DNA of 64,000 nucleotides from Candidatus Woesebacteria bacterium (lineage in GTDB: Bacteria > Patescibacteriota > Microgenomatia > UBA1400 > PJMF01). Under the pieces are notes generated by a model that was not told the DNA's origin, did no database searches, and worked only from the letters and a program-made list of their open reading frames with translations. Positions 19,350 to 28,299 of this stretch are shown piece by piece (position 1 is the first letter of the stretch; the number at the start of each line of letters is the position of its first letter). A program made the translations under genes and the position numbers. The stretch lies in contig JASFHL010000001.1 of the NCBI GenBank assembly GCA_050123235.1, forward strand, positions 20,651 to 84,650. Direction: 5' to 3'.

Positions 19350-20114
19350 ATGAAAAAGATTGACTCACAGGCACTTCTTTTTGGCATGAAGTTTTTTAGC
19401 AGTTCTAAGGAGGATTTGCTAAAGCTTTTGAAGAAGGGTTTAAAACAAGCTAAAACTCAGTATATCTTCACTCCCAACCCAGAACAGCTTGTGCAGTCTT
19501 CCAAAGATAAATCATTTCTTAAAGCTTTACAAGAAGCAAATATTTTAATTCCTGATGGAGTTGGTTTGGTATGGGCTTCTATAATTCTAGCTTCGCTGGG
19601 CAAAGCCAAAAAAATTAAGGAAAGAATCACCGGAATTGATTTGGCAATGGATCTATTAGAAGTAGCACAAGAGAAGAAACTGAAGGTATTACTGGTAGGG
19701 GGTAGGGGGTATGACAAAAAAGAGCTGCAGGCTAAGTTTGGAGATAATATTTTTTGGACAGAGGCTTACCAAAATGTTAAGCAAGTAAAAGAGCAAGAAG
19801 AACAAGCTTTGCAAAAATCAATCAAAAAACTTAGGCCAGCAATAGTGCTGGTGGCTTTTGGAGCAGCTGAGCAAGAAAAGTGGGTAGTAAAGCATAAGCG
19901 CTTACTAGAGAGTTCAGGAGCTAAGATTGTGATGGTAGTAGGCGGGGCTTTTGATGTGATTTTAGGCAAGATTCCCAGAGCACCAAAGCTGATGAGGTTT
20001 TTAGGGCTAGAGTGGCTTTATCGCCTGATCAAGGAGCCCTGGCGATGGAAAAGACAACTCAGGTTGTTAGATTTTTTGGAGTTGCTGACGAAAGAGATCA
20101 AGAAGAAGAAATAA
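19350..20114 (+). CDS. WecB/TagA/CpsF family glycosyltransferase
   Basis: FTPNPE, PDGVG, ERITGIDL, VGGAFD, RAP...GLEWLYRL..EPWRWKR. Confidence 0.93.
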   Translation: MKKIDSQALLFGMKFFSSSKEDLLKLLKKGLKQAKTQYIFTPNPEQLVQSSKDKSFLKALQEANILIPDGVGLVWASIILASLGKAKKIKERITGIDLAMDLLEVAQEKKLKVLLVGGRGYDKKELQAKFGDNIFWTEAYQNVKQVKEQEEQALQKSIKKLRPAIVLVAFGAAEQEKWVVKHKRLLESSGAKIVMVVGGAFDVILGKIPRAPKLMRFLGLEWLYRLIKEPWRWKRQLRLLDFLELLTKEIKKKK

Positions 20115-20129
20115 ATTAATCAGGTATTC

Positions 20130-20290
20130 AAAACTCCCTACAAATAAATATTAGAGTAGTTCGCTACTACATGATATCTTTTTTAAAAGTACAAGGCTCA
20201 CTTGGTGAAGCTCGGTAGTAAGTCGATTGCTAGCTCAAGACCGAACCAGACCTCGCTTCAAAACTCTAATATTTATTTGTAGGGAGTTTT
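20130..20290. repeat. Intergenic stem element, copy 2 (28-bp perfect terminal inverted repeat, same core as 837-993)
   Basis: aaaactccctacaaataaatattagagt 20130-20157 / actctaatatttatttgtagggagtttt 20263-20290. Confidence 0.85.
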
Positions 20291-20319
20291 TATCAATTTA
20301 GTTTACTTATTTCTCTTCT

Positions 20320-20646
20320 TTACTCTTCGTCATCAGGGTTGATGCCTAGTAACCAGAGGACTGCTTCTTTTTTGTAGCGTCTATCACCTCTAGAGTTGAT
20401 TCTGATAGCAGGTAGTTTACCTCTCTTACCCCAACGTTTGATAGTTAGGGGAGAGACCCTGAGTAAGTCAGCTACTTCTCTGACTGTGAGTAGGTCAGGT
20501 AAGTTGCTTATATCTAGTTTAGCTGCGTCATTAGCCCGACCAGTTTTTTTCTTATCACTATCTGATAAAACACTGGCAGCTTGTTGGTCAGAAGCTTGAG
20601 AGTTGGTTAAGGGTTTGTTGGAGCTGGATTGGGTGTCTGCCATCAT
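20320..20646 (-). CDS. BldC/excisionase-like (MerR-type HTH) DNA-binding protein
   Basis: LLTVREVADLLRVSPLTIKRWGKRGKLPAIRINSRGDRRY. Confidence 0.88.
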   Translation of the reverse strand: MMADTQSSSNKPLTNSQASDQQAASVLSDSDKKKTGRANDAAKLDISNLPDLLTVREVADLLRVSPLTIKRWGKRGKLPAIRINSRGDRRYKKEAVLWLLGINPDDEE

Positions 20647-20791
20647 TGCAGGGGCCTTTCTGAAAAATACTTGTTAATTGGCTTAAAATAATTAAATATG
20701 TCAAAGTTAAACTTTAACTATATTAAAAGTAGCAGAGTAGTGAAAACTAGGTCAAGGGGCAATTTTGATGTATGAAGCTCGGTGTTTGATT

Positions 20792-20820
20792 TTGACAGTA
20801 TCCTATAATATTGTTATAAT
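20792..20820 (+). promoter_or_regulatory. Consensus sigma70 promoter
   Basis: TTGACA 20792-20797, 17-nt spacer ending in TGn, TATAAT 20815-20820. Confidence 0.85.
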
Positions 20821-20835
20821 ATAAAGTTATCTATG

Positions 20836-20908
20836 TTCCGCGATGCCACCTAGGGTGCACTGCGCGCCTGCGCGGAGGTGGCGAGAAGTTTTGCACAGGA
20901 GGTGCATG
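20836..20908 (+). promoter_or_regulatory. GC-rich structured 5' leader (pseudoknot / SD-sequestering switch candidate)
   Basis: gccacct/aggtggc, ctgcgc/gcgcgg, and tgcac able to pair with either of two gtgca. Confidence 0.5.
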
Positions 20909-21085
20909 ATGGATTGGAAGAAGAAGCTTCAAAATTTTTTGGATAGACTCGCATGGGGAGATGAGAGTCCTCCTCCTGCTTGGGAAATGAGGCCCTGGAT
21001 ACCAAGCTGGTTCGATGTGGTCACCAGCTATGGGTGGCCACTCTTAGTACTAGCAATTGTACTATTGCTACTGCGGGGTTGCTGA
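20906..21085 (+). CDS. Small membrane protein (58-59 aa, C-terminal TM)
   Basis: Strong SD AGGAGGT 20897-20903 before ATGATG; WPLLVLAIVLLLL helix; own promoter and terminator. Confidence 0.65.
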   Translation: MMDWKKKLQNFLDRLAWGDESPPPAWEMRPWIPSWFDVVTSYGWPLLVLAIVLLLLRGC

Positions 21086-21099
21086 ATCTCCCACAAAAA

Positions 21100-21141
21100 C
21101 CCCGCCCTCGGCCTAATGCCGGCGGCGGGGAGTCGTTTTTT
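21100..21141 (+). terminator. Intrinsic terminator of the small-protein transcript
   Basis: ccccgcc..cggc-ctaat-gccg..ggcgggg hairpin followed by a T-run after a short gap. Confidence 0.6.
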
Positions 21142-21190
21142 ATAAGCCTGTTTTTTAATAGAAAAAGTTATTTTGTGCTAGTTGATTAAA

Positions 21191-21314
21191 TTATATCTGC
21201 TGGAATAATACTCTAAAAAGCGAACCCTTGACGGTAGCCAGAGTTTCTGCAAAGCAGAAGAACATTCTGGCGAGAGTGGGTGAGTCTTTGAGAATATTAT
21301 TCCAGCAGATATAA
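21191..21314. repeat. Intergenic stem element 3 (20-bp perfect terminal inverted repeat, branched interior)
   Basis: ttatatctgctggaataata 21191-21210 / tattattccagcagatataa 21295-21314; inner gccaga/tctggc and ttctgc-aaa-gcagaa. Confidence 0.8.
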
Positions 21315-21467
21315 ATAGAGATATTCAAACTAGCAGCAAAAGTTATTTTTATACTTTTCGTCTTTTTTTCCGTTATTTTTAATTTTAAAAGTAGTTATTC
21401 ACATTTTTATCTTATAATTATTTTAATTAGATCTTATATTATTTTTAGTTTAAAAAGTTGTGGAAAA

Positions 21468-21506
21468 GTCAAAAAAACTCTCTTGACTAAAAAGCCAAGA
21501 GAGTTT
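21468..21506 (-). terminator. Terminator after rplL
   Basis: aaaactctcttgactaaaaagccaagagagtttt hairpin; A-run on + gives a U-tract on -. Confidence 0.7.
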
Positions 21507-21538
21507 TAATTTTTAAATCTATTTTTAAATTCAAAACT

Positions 21539-21988
21539 TTATTTTAACTCAACCACACAGCCTGCAGCCTCCAATTCTTTTTTGGCGGCTTCGGCATCTT
21601 CCTTTTTGGCAGCTTCTAAGACAGTCTTAGGGGCTGATTCTACAAAAGCCTTAGCTTCACCTAGCCCAAGTTCAGTCTTGAGTTTTCTGACAGCTTTAAT
21701 GGCTGCAATTTTATTTGAGCCGGCATCTTTGAGTACCACATCAAATTCAGTCTTTTCTTCAGCAGCAGCGGCTTCAGCGCCAGCGGCAGCTGGCATGGCA
21801 CCCATCATCATTGGCGCAGCAGCACTGACTCCGAAAGTATCTTCAAGAGCGCTGACCAATTCTGAAACTTCCATTAAAGAGAGTTCCTTGACTGCGTCAA
21901 CAATTTTTTGTAATTTAGCAGGAAGTTTTTTAGTTTCTTTTTTTTCTTCCTTGGTGGCTTCTGCAGTCTTTTTTTTGTCATCTGACAT
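21539..21988 (-). CDS. rplL: 50S ribosomal protein L7/L12
   Basis: [42 protein letters not shown]. Confidence 0.97.
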   Translation of the reverse strand: MSDDKKKTAEATKEEKKETKKLPAKLQKIVDAVKELSLMEVSELVSALEDTFGVSAAAPMMMGAMPAAAGAEAAAAEEKTEFDVVLKDAGSNKIAAIKAVRKLKTELGLGEAKAFVESAPKTVLEAAKKEDAEAAKKELEAAGCVVELK

Positions 21989-22078
21989 AAGATCCTTTTT
22001 TTAATCTGAGTCTAAATAACCTCTGGGCCGATTTTATTTTAAGATTCAGATTTTTATTTTTTACAAGTTAATAATTTT

Positions 22079-22603
22079 TTATCCTTTATCTACAATTGCC
22101 TTGAGTACTCCAACTACATCCCTTTGTCCGGCCTTGAGCACATTGACTAGGCCATAACTTGGGCCTTGGATTCTGTTAATTAAAGTGGCAATTAATTCGT
22201 TTTTACTTGGTAACTTACTTAAAGATTCAGCTTCTTCTGGAGATAAAATTTTATCTTCTACACCTTCTTTGCCAGCAGACATAATGCCTTGCTTGATTTC
22301 TAGTTTGTCTGCTTCTTTATGAAATTCAAACACTTTTTTGAGAGCAGAGACTTCATCTTCATAAGAGAAGAGTACAGCATTCATGCCTGTTAGAGAATCG
22401 GTCAATTTGCCTTTACCTACAGCAATATCCATTAGGGTGTTTTTGCAAACATAAATTTCTCCGCCAGCTTCTTTGACAGCATTTCTCAAGTCAACTTGTT
22501 CTTTACTGCTGGTGCCAGAATAATCAAAAACTAGCACTGATTTAGCTCGAGCAAGTTTTTCTTTTAAAGTTTCAACTTGACTAAGATTGTGTTTGTTTGG
22601 CAT
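22079..22603 (-). CDS. rplJ: 50S ribosomal protein L10
   Basis: [28 protein letters not shown]; upstream of rplL. Confidence 0.95.
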   Translation of the reverse strand: MPNKHNLSQVETLKEKLARAKSVLVFDYSGTSSKEQVDLRNAVKEAGGEIYVCKNTLMDIAVGKGKLTDSLTGMNAVLFSYEDEVSALKKVFEFHKEADKLEIKQGIMSAGKEGVEDKILSPEEAESLSKLPSKNELIATLINRIQGPSYGLVNVLKAGQRDVVGVLKAIVDKG

Positions 22604-22690
22604 ATTGATCCTAAGTGCAGAGTTTAGACTTGGCTAAGACTAGCCTGCTAGAATGATCTACACAAGTTTTATTAATTTATTTTTATTTAA

Positions 22691-22807
22691 CAAGACAGTG
22701 GGAAATGCTTAGAGGATGCGGCTACTTTTCTCTTTAACCAAAAATAGCGCTGATTAGTTTTATCCTCGGCGTGATTTTCAAGCTTTTGGCCCACGCTGTC
22801 TTGGGAA
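22691..22807 (-). promoter_or_regulatory. Ribosomal protein L10 leader
   Basis: Minus strand reads ccAAGACAGcgtg...cacgCCGAGG, resembling the L10-leader core, just after TATAAT (22815-22820) and upstream of rplJ. Confidence 0.75.
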
Positions 22808-22871
22808 CGAAAATATTATATCATAATTGCTGTTATAATCATCTTCAGATCTTAAAACTAAAAATAATTCC

Positions 22872-24032
22872 ATGAAAAAACTACTTCTGATTGGCTCGAT
22901 TGCGATTGATAGAATTATGGTTTTTGATGGTTTATTTGAAGATTTGATCCAGCCAGATAAACTTCATGTCTTATCAGTAGTACCTTTAGTAGATAAAATG
23001 AGAGAAACCAGAGGTGGTACTGCCGCCAATATTGCCTACTCCTTAGCTTTACTAGGTGAAGAAGCTATTTTATATGCTTCAGCTGGGAGAAATGCAAAAA
23101 CTCATCTGAGAAGATTAAAAAAGATAGGCATCAATACTACCTATGTTCGTTATTCCAGGCTAGCTACTGCTAGTTTTACTGTTTTGACTGACAAAAATGA
23201 CTGCCAAGTTGGCGGTTTTTATCCTGGCGCAATGAGTGATGCTGATAATTTGACCATAGAGCGTTTTTTTAAGAATTGGGTTAAAGAAACACAAAAGAGT
23301 AGAGAGAATAAGACTAAACACTCGGCGGAATTTGGAGTTGCTGTGAAAGATAAAGGAACTGAGCACTTTAGTGATGAAAAACTGCTTGATATAGGATTGG
23401 CGAGTTCTAGAAAATCTAGTCAACTGAAATCAGATTTTCTGGTAGTTCTTTCTCCCCACGACCCTCAGTCAATGCTCAAACAGGTAAAGGAGTGTCAAAG
23501 TCTAAATTTACCTCTGTTTTTTGATCCTGGCCAACAGGTGTTGATGTTTTCAGGTGATGACTTAAAAATTGCTATTAAGGCGGCTGATTTTTTGGTAGCT
23601 AATGATTATGAAATGGGCATGATTAGTAAAAAGACTGGTTGGAGTTTGGAAAAAATTGCTCGTCAGCTCAAAATAATGATCGTTACTTTGGGAGGGAAAG
23701 GTTCGGAAGTTTATGAGAATAGACAAGTTAAAAAATCTGGTGATAAAACAGCAAAGAAAAAAAGTTCTCAGGGTCGCATTAAAAAAATAATAGTGCCGGC
23801 AGTGAAACTAGAGCAGACAGTTGATCCCACTGGAGCTGGTGATGCTTACAGAGCTGGTTTTTTATATGGCTATATCAGAGATTGGCATTTGAGGGATTGT
23901 GCCCGTTTAGGTTCAGTGGTGTCTAGTTTTGTACTTGAAAAACATGGAACTCAAGAACATAGCTTTACTAAAAAAGCAGTTGCCAAAAGATTTAAAGACA
24001 GTTATGGTGTTAGTTGTAGATTAATGTTTTAG
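22872..24032 (+). CDS. PfkB family kinase, probably adenosine kinase
   Basis: GSIAIDRIM, GGTAANIAYSL, FYPGAM, DPGQQ, NDYE, DPTGAGDAYRAG; directly upstream of ahcY. Confidence 0.88.
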   Translation: MKKLLLIGSIAIDRIMVFDGLFEDLIQPDKLHVLSVVPLVDKMRETRGGTAANIAYSLALLGEEAILYASAGRNAKTHLRRLKKIGINTTYVRYSRLATASFTVLTDKNDCQVGGFYPGAMSDADNLTIERFFKNWVKETQKSRENKTKHSAEFGVAVKDKGTEHFSDEKLLDIGLASSRKSSQLKSDFLVVLSPHDPQSMLKQVKECQSLNLPLFFDPGQQVLMFSGDDLKIAIKAADFLVANDYEMGMISKKTGWSLEKIARQLKIMIVTLGGKGSEVYENRQVKKSGDKTAKKKSSQGRIKKIIVPAVKLEQTVDPTGAGDAYRAGFLYGYIRDWHLRDCARLGSVVSSFVLEKHGTQEHSFTKKAVAKRFKDSYGVSCRLMF

Positions 24033-24056
24033 ACAGCTTTCTAAAAAAGGAATACT

Positions 24057-25361
24057 ATGCCAAAAGACTATAAAGTAAAAAACCTTTCTCTCTGGAAATG
24101 GGGACGAGAGGAAATTAAATTAGCAGAAAAAGAAATGCCAGGTTTGATGGCATTGCGTAAAGAATTTGGCAAAAAAAAGCCACTCAAAGGCGCCCGCATC
24201 GCCGGTTCCCTGCACATGACTATTCAAACAGCGGTTTTGATTGAAACTCTCCAAGAATTAGGAGCAAAAGTAAGATGGGCTTCCTGTAATATTTTTTCCA
24301 CTCAAGATCACGCTGCAGCAGCGATTGCCAAGACAGGTACGCCAGTTTTTGCCTGGAAAGGAGAGACAGAAAAAGAATATTGGTGGTGCACTGAACAAAC
24401 TCTTAAGTTTAAAGACAAAAAAGGTAAAATCATCGGTCCCAATATGTTGCTCGACGATGGTGGAGATATAACTTATTGGGTTCATGAAAAGCATCCACAG
24501 TTAGCCAAACAAATTAAGGGTGTTTCTGAAGAAACTACTACTGGAGTGCATCAACTATATAAAATGATGAAAAAGGGGGAACTTAAGATCCCAGCTATGA
24601 ATGTTAATGACAGTGTGACTAAATCAAAGTTTGATAATCTTTATGGTTGTAGGGAATCACTGGCCGATGGTCTCAAGCGTGCCACTGGGGTGATGATTGC
24701 TGGTAAGGTGGTCTTAGTTGCTGGCTACGGTGATGTTGGCAAGGGTTGCGCTCAATCGATGCGAGGTTTTGGAGCGAGAGTGATTGTGACAGAAGTTGAT
24801 CCAATTTGTGCTTTGCAAGCAGCCATGGAAGGTTTTGAAGTCAAGACAATAGAAGATGTAGCTGAAGAAGTAGATATTTTTGTGACTGCTACCGGTTGTA
24901 AGGATGTGATTACACTCAAACATATGAAGAAAATGAAAGATGCAGCCATTGTTTGTAATATTGGCCATTTTGATGTAGAAATCCAAGTTAAAAAACTGAT
25001 GGATTATCCTAAAATCAAAAGAACCACGATTAAGCCACAAGTTGATGTCTTTACCTTTCCCAATGGCAAAAGAATTATTCTTTTGGCTGAAGGTCGCTTG
25101 GTCAATTTAGGTTGTGCTAATGGTCATCCTTCATTTGTGATGTCAAATTCATTTTCCAATCAAGTTTTGGCCCAGATTGAACTTTTTAATCATGATTATG
25201 AGGTGGGTGTTTATCGCTTACCTAAACAGCTTGACGAGAAAGTGGCAGCACTACATTTAGAGCAGATTGGGGTGAAATTGACTAAGCTAAGCAAGGATCA
25301 GGCTAGTTATTTGGGCCTGAGGTCCAAGGGGCCATTCAAGCCAGAGCATTATCGGTATTAA
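24057..25361 (+). CDS. ahcY: S-adenosyl-L-homocysteine hydrolase
   Basis: [59 protein letters not shown]. Confidence 0.98.
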   Translation: MPKDYKVKNLSLWKWGREEIKLAEKEMPGLMALRKEFGKKKPLKGARIAGSLHMTIQTAVLIETLQELGAKVRWASCNIFSTQDHAAAAIAKTGTPVFAWKGETEKEYWWCTEQTLKFKDKKGKIIGPNMLLDDGGDITYWVHEKHPQLAKQIKGVSEETTTGVHQLYKMMKKGELKIPAMNVNDSVTKSKFDNLYGCRESLADGLKRATGVMIAGKVVLVAGYGDVGKGCAQSMRGFGARVIVTEVDPICALQAAMEGFEVKTIEDVAEEVDIFVTATGCKDVITLKHMKKMKDAAIVCNIGHFDVEIQVKKLMDYPKIKRTTIKPQVDVFTFPNGKRIILLAEGRLVNLGCANGHPSFVMSNSFSNQVLAQIELFNHDYEVGVYRLPKQLDEKVAALHLEQIGVKLTKLSKDQASYLGLRSKGPFKPEHYRY

Positions 25362-25460
25362 AGAAAATGATATTGATCAATTAAGAATCATAAATTGCAT
25401 ACTAATGGAATCTTTGTTATAAAATGTGAGAATGATTGGTAATTTTATAATAATTAAAAA

Positions 25461-25691
25461 ATGAAAAAAAATACATACATTACTGAATTTGACGAAAAGA
25501 TATTTTGGTTAATTGATTTGTATGAAAATAAAAAAATTTCAAAAAAGGTTTTGAAGATTAGTATAGGATTTCTCTTTCAAAGACATTATGGACATCAATT
25601 TCAAGAATTAATTCTACAAAGTGATGGTAGGCAAAAGTTACTTGGTATAAATTATAAAAAGATAACAGAATATTATAATGATCCCATCTAA
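25461..25691 (+). CDS. Hypothetical protein (76 aa)
   Basis: Very AT-rich ORF overlapping the start of the next ORF; no motif recognised. Confidence 0.45.
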   Translation: MKKNTYITEFDEKIFWLIDLYENKKISKKVLKISIGFLFQRHYGHQFQELILQSDGRQKLLGINYKKITEYYNDPI

Positions 25692-26031
25692 AAAGCTTAC
25701 TAAAAAAGAGACCAGTGAATTAAAAATGATAGCTGGTCAGATGATTGATCATTCACCTAAACTTACCGAACGACATATTTCGACAATTCTTAAACAAAGA
25801 GGGACGGCGATGTCCTATCATCATAAGGATAATCAAAAGGCATTAGATAATGAGTTTCAAGGAAAGAGGGACAAAAAACAAATATTAACAGGTGCCGGCA
25901 TTTTTTTGCTTTTATTTATAGCTTTAGTTGGCTATTTTGATAGACAATATATTAAAGATATTTTGCAGATAATCAGTGGTTTCCTTGCTGGAGGAGGTGC
26001 AGGTTATTTTTACGGTAAAAAAAGTAAATAA
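25678..26031 (+). CDS. Hypothetical membrane protein (2 C-terminal TM)
   Basis: GAGIFLLLFIALVGYF and IISGFLAGGGAGYFYGK helices. Confidence 0.65.
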   Translation: MIPSKKLTKKETSELKMIAGQMIDHSPKLTERHISTILKQRGTAMSYHHKDNQKALDNEFQGKRDKKQILTGAGIFLLLFIALVGYFDRQYIKDILQIISGFLAGGGAGYFYGKKSK

Positions 26032-26087
26032 ATATTTAAAAATAAAAAATTTGCAAAAAGCAAATTAAATTGTATAATCAATTACGA

Positions 26088-26135
26088 ATGTTATTAAAAC
26101 AAGTCATCACCACAACTACTACCAGCTCCAAATAA
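26088..26135 (+). CDS. Threonine leader peptide MLLKQVITTTTTSSK
   Basis: Five consecutive Thr codons (acc aca act act acc) after TTGCAA..TATAAT (26051-26078), upstream of thrS; not in the ORF track. Confidence 0.85.
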   Translation: MLLKQVITTTTTSSK

Positions 26136-26195
26136 GGAGGGTGTTGTTGTTGGTGAAGACAAAAAAAAACAGCCTCCGAAAACGGAGGTTTTTTT
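26136..26195 (+). terminator. thrS attenuator (antiterminator/terminator)
   Basis: Terminator cctccg-aaaa-cggagg-T7 at 26173-26195; ggagggtgtt can pair with aacagcctcc (antiterminator) or with the Thr-codon segment. Confidence 0.85.
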
Positions 26196-26359
26196 GTGGC
26201 TGGCGGAGAGTGGGAATTCTGGAAGTTTAATTTAAGCGATTCTCTTGGAATTAAATTCCGTGAATTAAGACCTAATACGAAACATATAAATAAATTGAAG
26301 TTTTGTCAACGCTATTTATAGATAGTATGATAAATAAATTAAAATTAAAAAGGAAAATT

Positions 26360-28246
26360 ATGTCAAAACCTAAGCCAAAACAAGCTGATAATCTGCACGC
26401 TATGCGCCATACTGCGGAACATATTCTCACTATAGCTATGCAGCAACTCTATGGCAAGGAGACTATTCTTCCAGCTATGGGTCCGGCTACTGATGATGGT
26501 TTCTATTTTGATTTTGATAGTCCAGCAGATTTTAAATTAACAGCAGCAGATTTTCCTAAGATTGAGAAAAGGATGAAAAAATTAATTCAAGCTGATTTGC
26601 AAATGCATGGTATGAAGCTTGATATTGCTGTAGCTAAAAAAGTTTTTGTAGACAATCAATACAAACAAGAATGGCTCAGCGAGATTGAAGCTAAAAACGA
26701 AAAAGCTTCTGTGTATTTAACAGGTAGTAAAGAACAATTAGCAGCTGATTTGAAAGTATTAGATGAATTATCACACAATATGAAAAAGGTCAAAGCCAGT
26801 AAAAGAGTTTCAGCCAAAGCTAAGAAGCAACAAGGTCAAGTAGTTGAACTAAAATCTTTTATCGATCTCTGTAGCGGTCCCCATGTGTCTTCTACTAAAG
26901 AAGTGAAGGCAATTAAACTTCTTTCCATTGCTGGGGCTTACTGGCGCGGTGATGAAAAAAATAAAATGCTGACTCGTGTTTATGGCACAGCTTTTAATTC
27001 TCAAGCAGAGTTGGATGAATATTTAAAAATGCGCGAAGAAGCTGAAAAGAGAAACCATCGCCGTATTGGTAAAGAATTAGAACTATTTGCTGTGTTTCCA
27101 GAAATTGGACAAGGTTTACCAGTTTGGTTGCCTCGTGGTTATGCCATGCGTCGGGCCATTGAAGACTATATGATTCAACTTGAGAGAAGCTATGGCTATA
27201 CTCATATCTTAACACCACACATTAATCGTAAGGAATTATTTGAAACTTCTGGCCATTTAGGATTTTATGATGAGTCAATGTATCCACCTCTAGAGTTTGA
27301 TAATGAAGTTTATTATCTCAAACCCATGAACTGTCCAGCAGGGATGATGGTTTATAAAATGAAGCCTAGAAGTTATCGTGACTTACCAATGAAAATGGGT
27401 GAATTAGGAACTGTTTATCGCTATGAGCAATCTGGTGAGTTGCATGGTTTACAAAGAGTGAGAGGTTTTACGCAGAATGATGCTCATATTTTTTGTACAG
27501 CTGAACAATTGGATAATCAACTCAAGGAAGTAATGGCAATGCTTAAAGTCTTTTATAAAGATGTGGGCTTTGATAAATATAGTTTCCGTCTGTCTTTATC
27601 TGATCCTAAAAAAGATAAATACAAGGTTTGTGGTAAAAGAGAAGATTGGGTTAAGGCAGAAGCTGCACTTAGAAAGATGTTAGAAGATGAAGGGGTGGAA
27701 TATGAAGAGGCTATTGGTGAAGCAGCCTTTTATGGGCCAAAGATTGATGTCCAAGCGATTAACGTTTTCGGCAAGGAAGATAGTATTTCTACCATTCAAG
27801 TAGATTTTAATTTACCAGAAAGGTTTGATCTTAATTACATTAACAGTAAAGGTGAGAAAGAGCGTCCTTTTGTGATCCACCGGGCTTTGGTAGGCTCATT
27901 TGAACGTTTTTTTGCATTTTTAATCGAACATCATGCTGGGAGATTCCCATTTTGGTTTGCCCCAGTACAAGTCAAAGTTTTGCCAATTGCAGATAGACAT
28001 CATGATTATGCGAGAGAAGTAGTGAAACAGTTGATTGAACAAAAAGTTAGGGTAGAACTGGATGACAGATCAGAGACTTTAAATGCTAAGATTCGCAGTG
28101 CTCAAATAGAACAAGTGCCATACATGTTGATTGTGGGTGATAAGGAAGCTGAGTCTAAGAGCGTAAATGTGAGGGAGAGAGATAGTGGGGAACAAGAAAC
28201 AGTAGTGCTAGATAAATTTATTGAAAAAATAGGAAAAGAAGATTGA
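26360..28246 (+). CDS. thrS: Threonine--tRNA ligase (no TGS domain)
   Basis: RHTAEH, GFYFDF, DLCSGPH, GAYWRGD, KPMNCP, RVRGFTQNDAH, FYGPKID, IHRALVGSFERF; ATG 26360 after agga. Confidence 0.98.
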   Translation: MSKPKPKQADNLHAMRHTAEHILTIAMQQLYGKETILPAMGPATDDGFYFDFDSPADFKLTAADFPKIEKRMKKLIQADLQMHGMKLDIAVAKKVFVDNQYKQEWLSEIEAKNEKASVYLTGSKEQLAADLKVLDELSHNMKKVKASKRVSAKAKKQQGQVVELKSFIDLCSGPHVSSTKEVKAIKLLSIAGAYWRGDEKNKMLTRVYGTAFNSQAELDEYLKMREEAEKRNHRRIGKELELFAVFPEIGQGLPVWLPRGYAMRRAIEDYMIQLERSYGYTHILTPHINRKELFETSGHLGFYDESMYPPLEFDNEVYYLKPMNCPAGMMVYKMKPRSYRDLPMKMGELGTVYRYEQSGELHGLQRVRGFTQNDAHIFCTAEQLDNQLKEVMAMLKVFYKDVGFDKYSFRLSLSDPKKDKYKVCGKREDWVKAEAALRKMLEDEGVEYEEAIGEAAFYGPKIDVQAINVFGKEDSISTIQVDFNLPERFDLNYINSKGEKERPFVIHRALVGSFERFFAFLIEHHAGRFPFWFAPVQVKVLPIADRHHDYAREVVKQLIEQKVRVELDDRSETLNAKIRSAQIEQVPYMLIVGDKEAESKSVNVRERDSGEQETVVLDKFIEKIGKED

Positions 28247-28299
28247 TAATTTAAAGGTTTGGGGAAATCTTGGCGGAAAAAAGTAGACAGTTATAAATT

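Noticed and set aside
20320-20646. Excisionase marking an integrated element
   Set aside because: No integrase or att pair nearby; better explained as a chromosomal BldC-like regulator
20845-20896. HDV-like (theta) ribozyme in the GC-rich leader
   Set aside because: Stem order is similar, but the L3 consensus and the catalytic C in the last joining strand (gagaagttt) are missing
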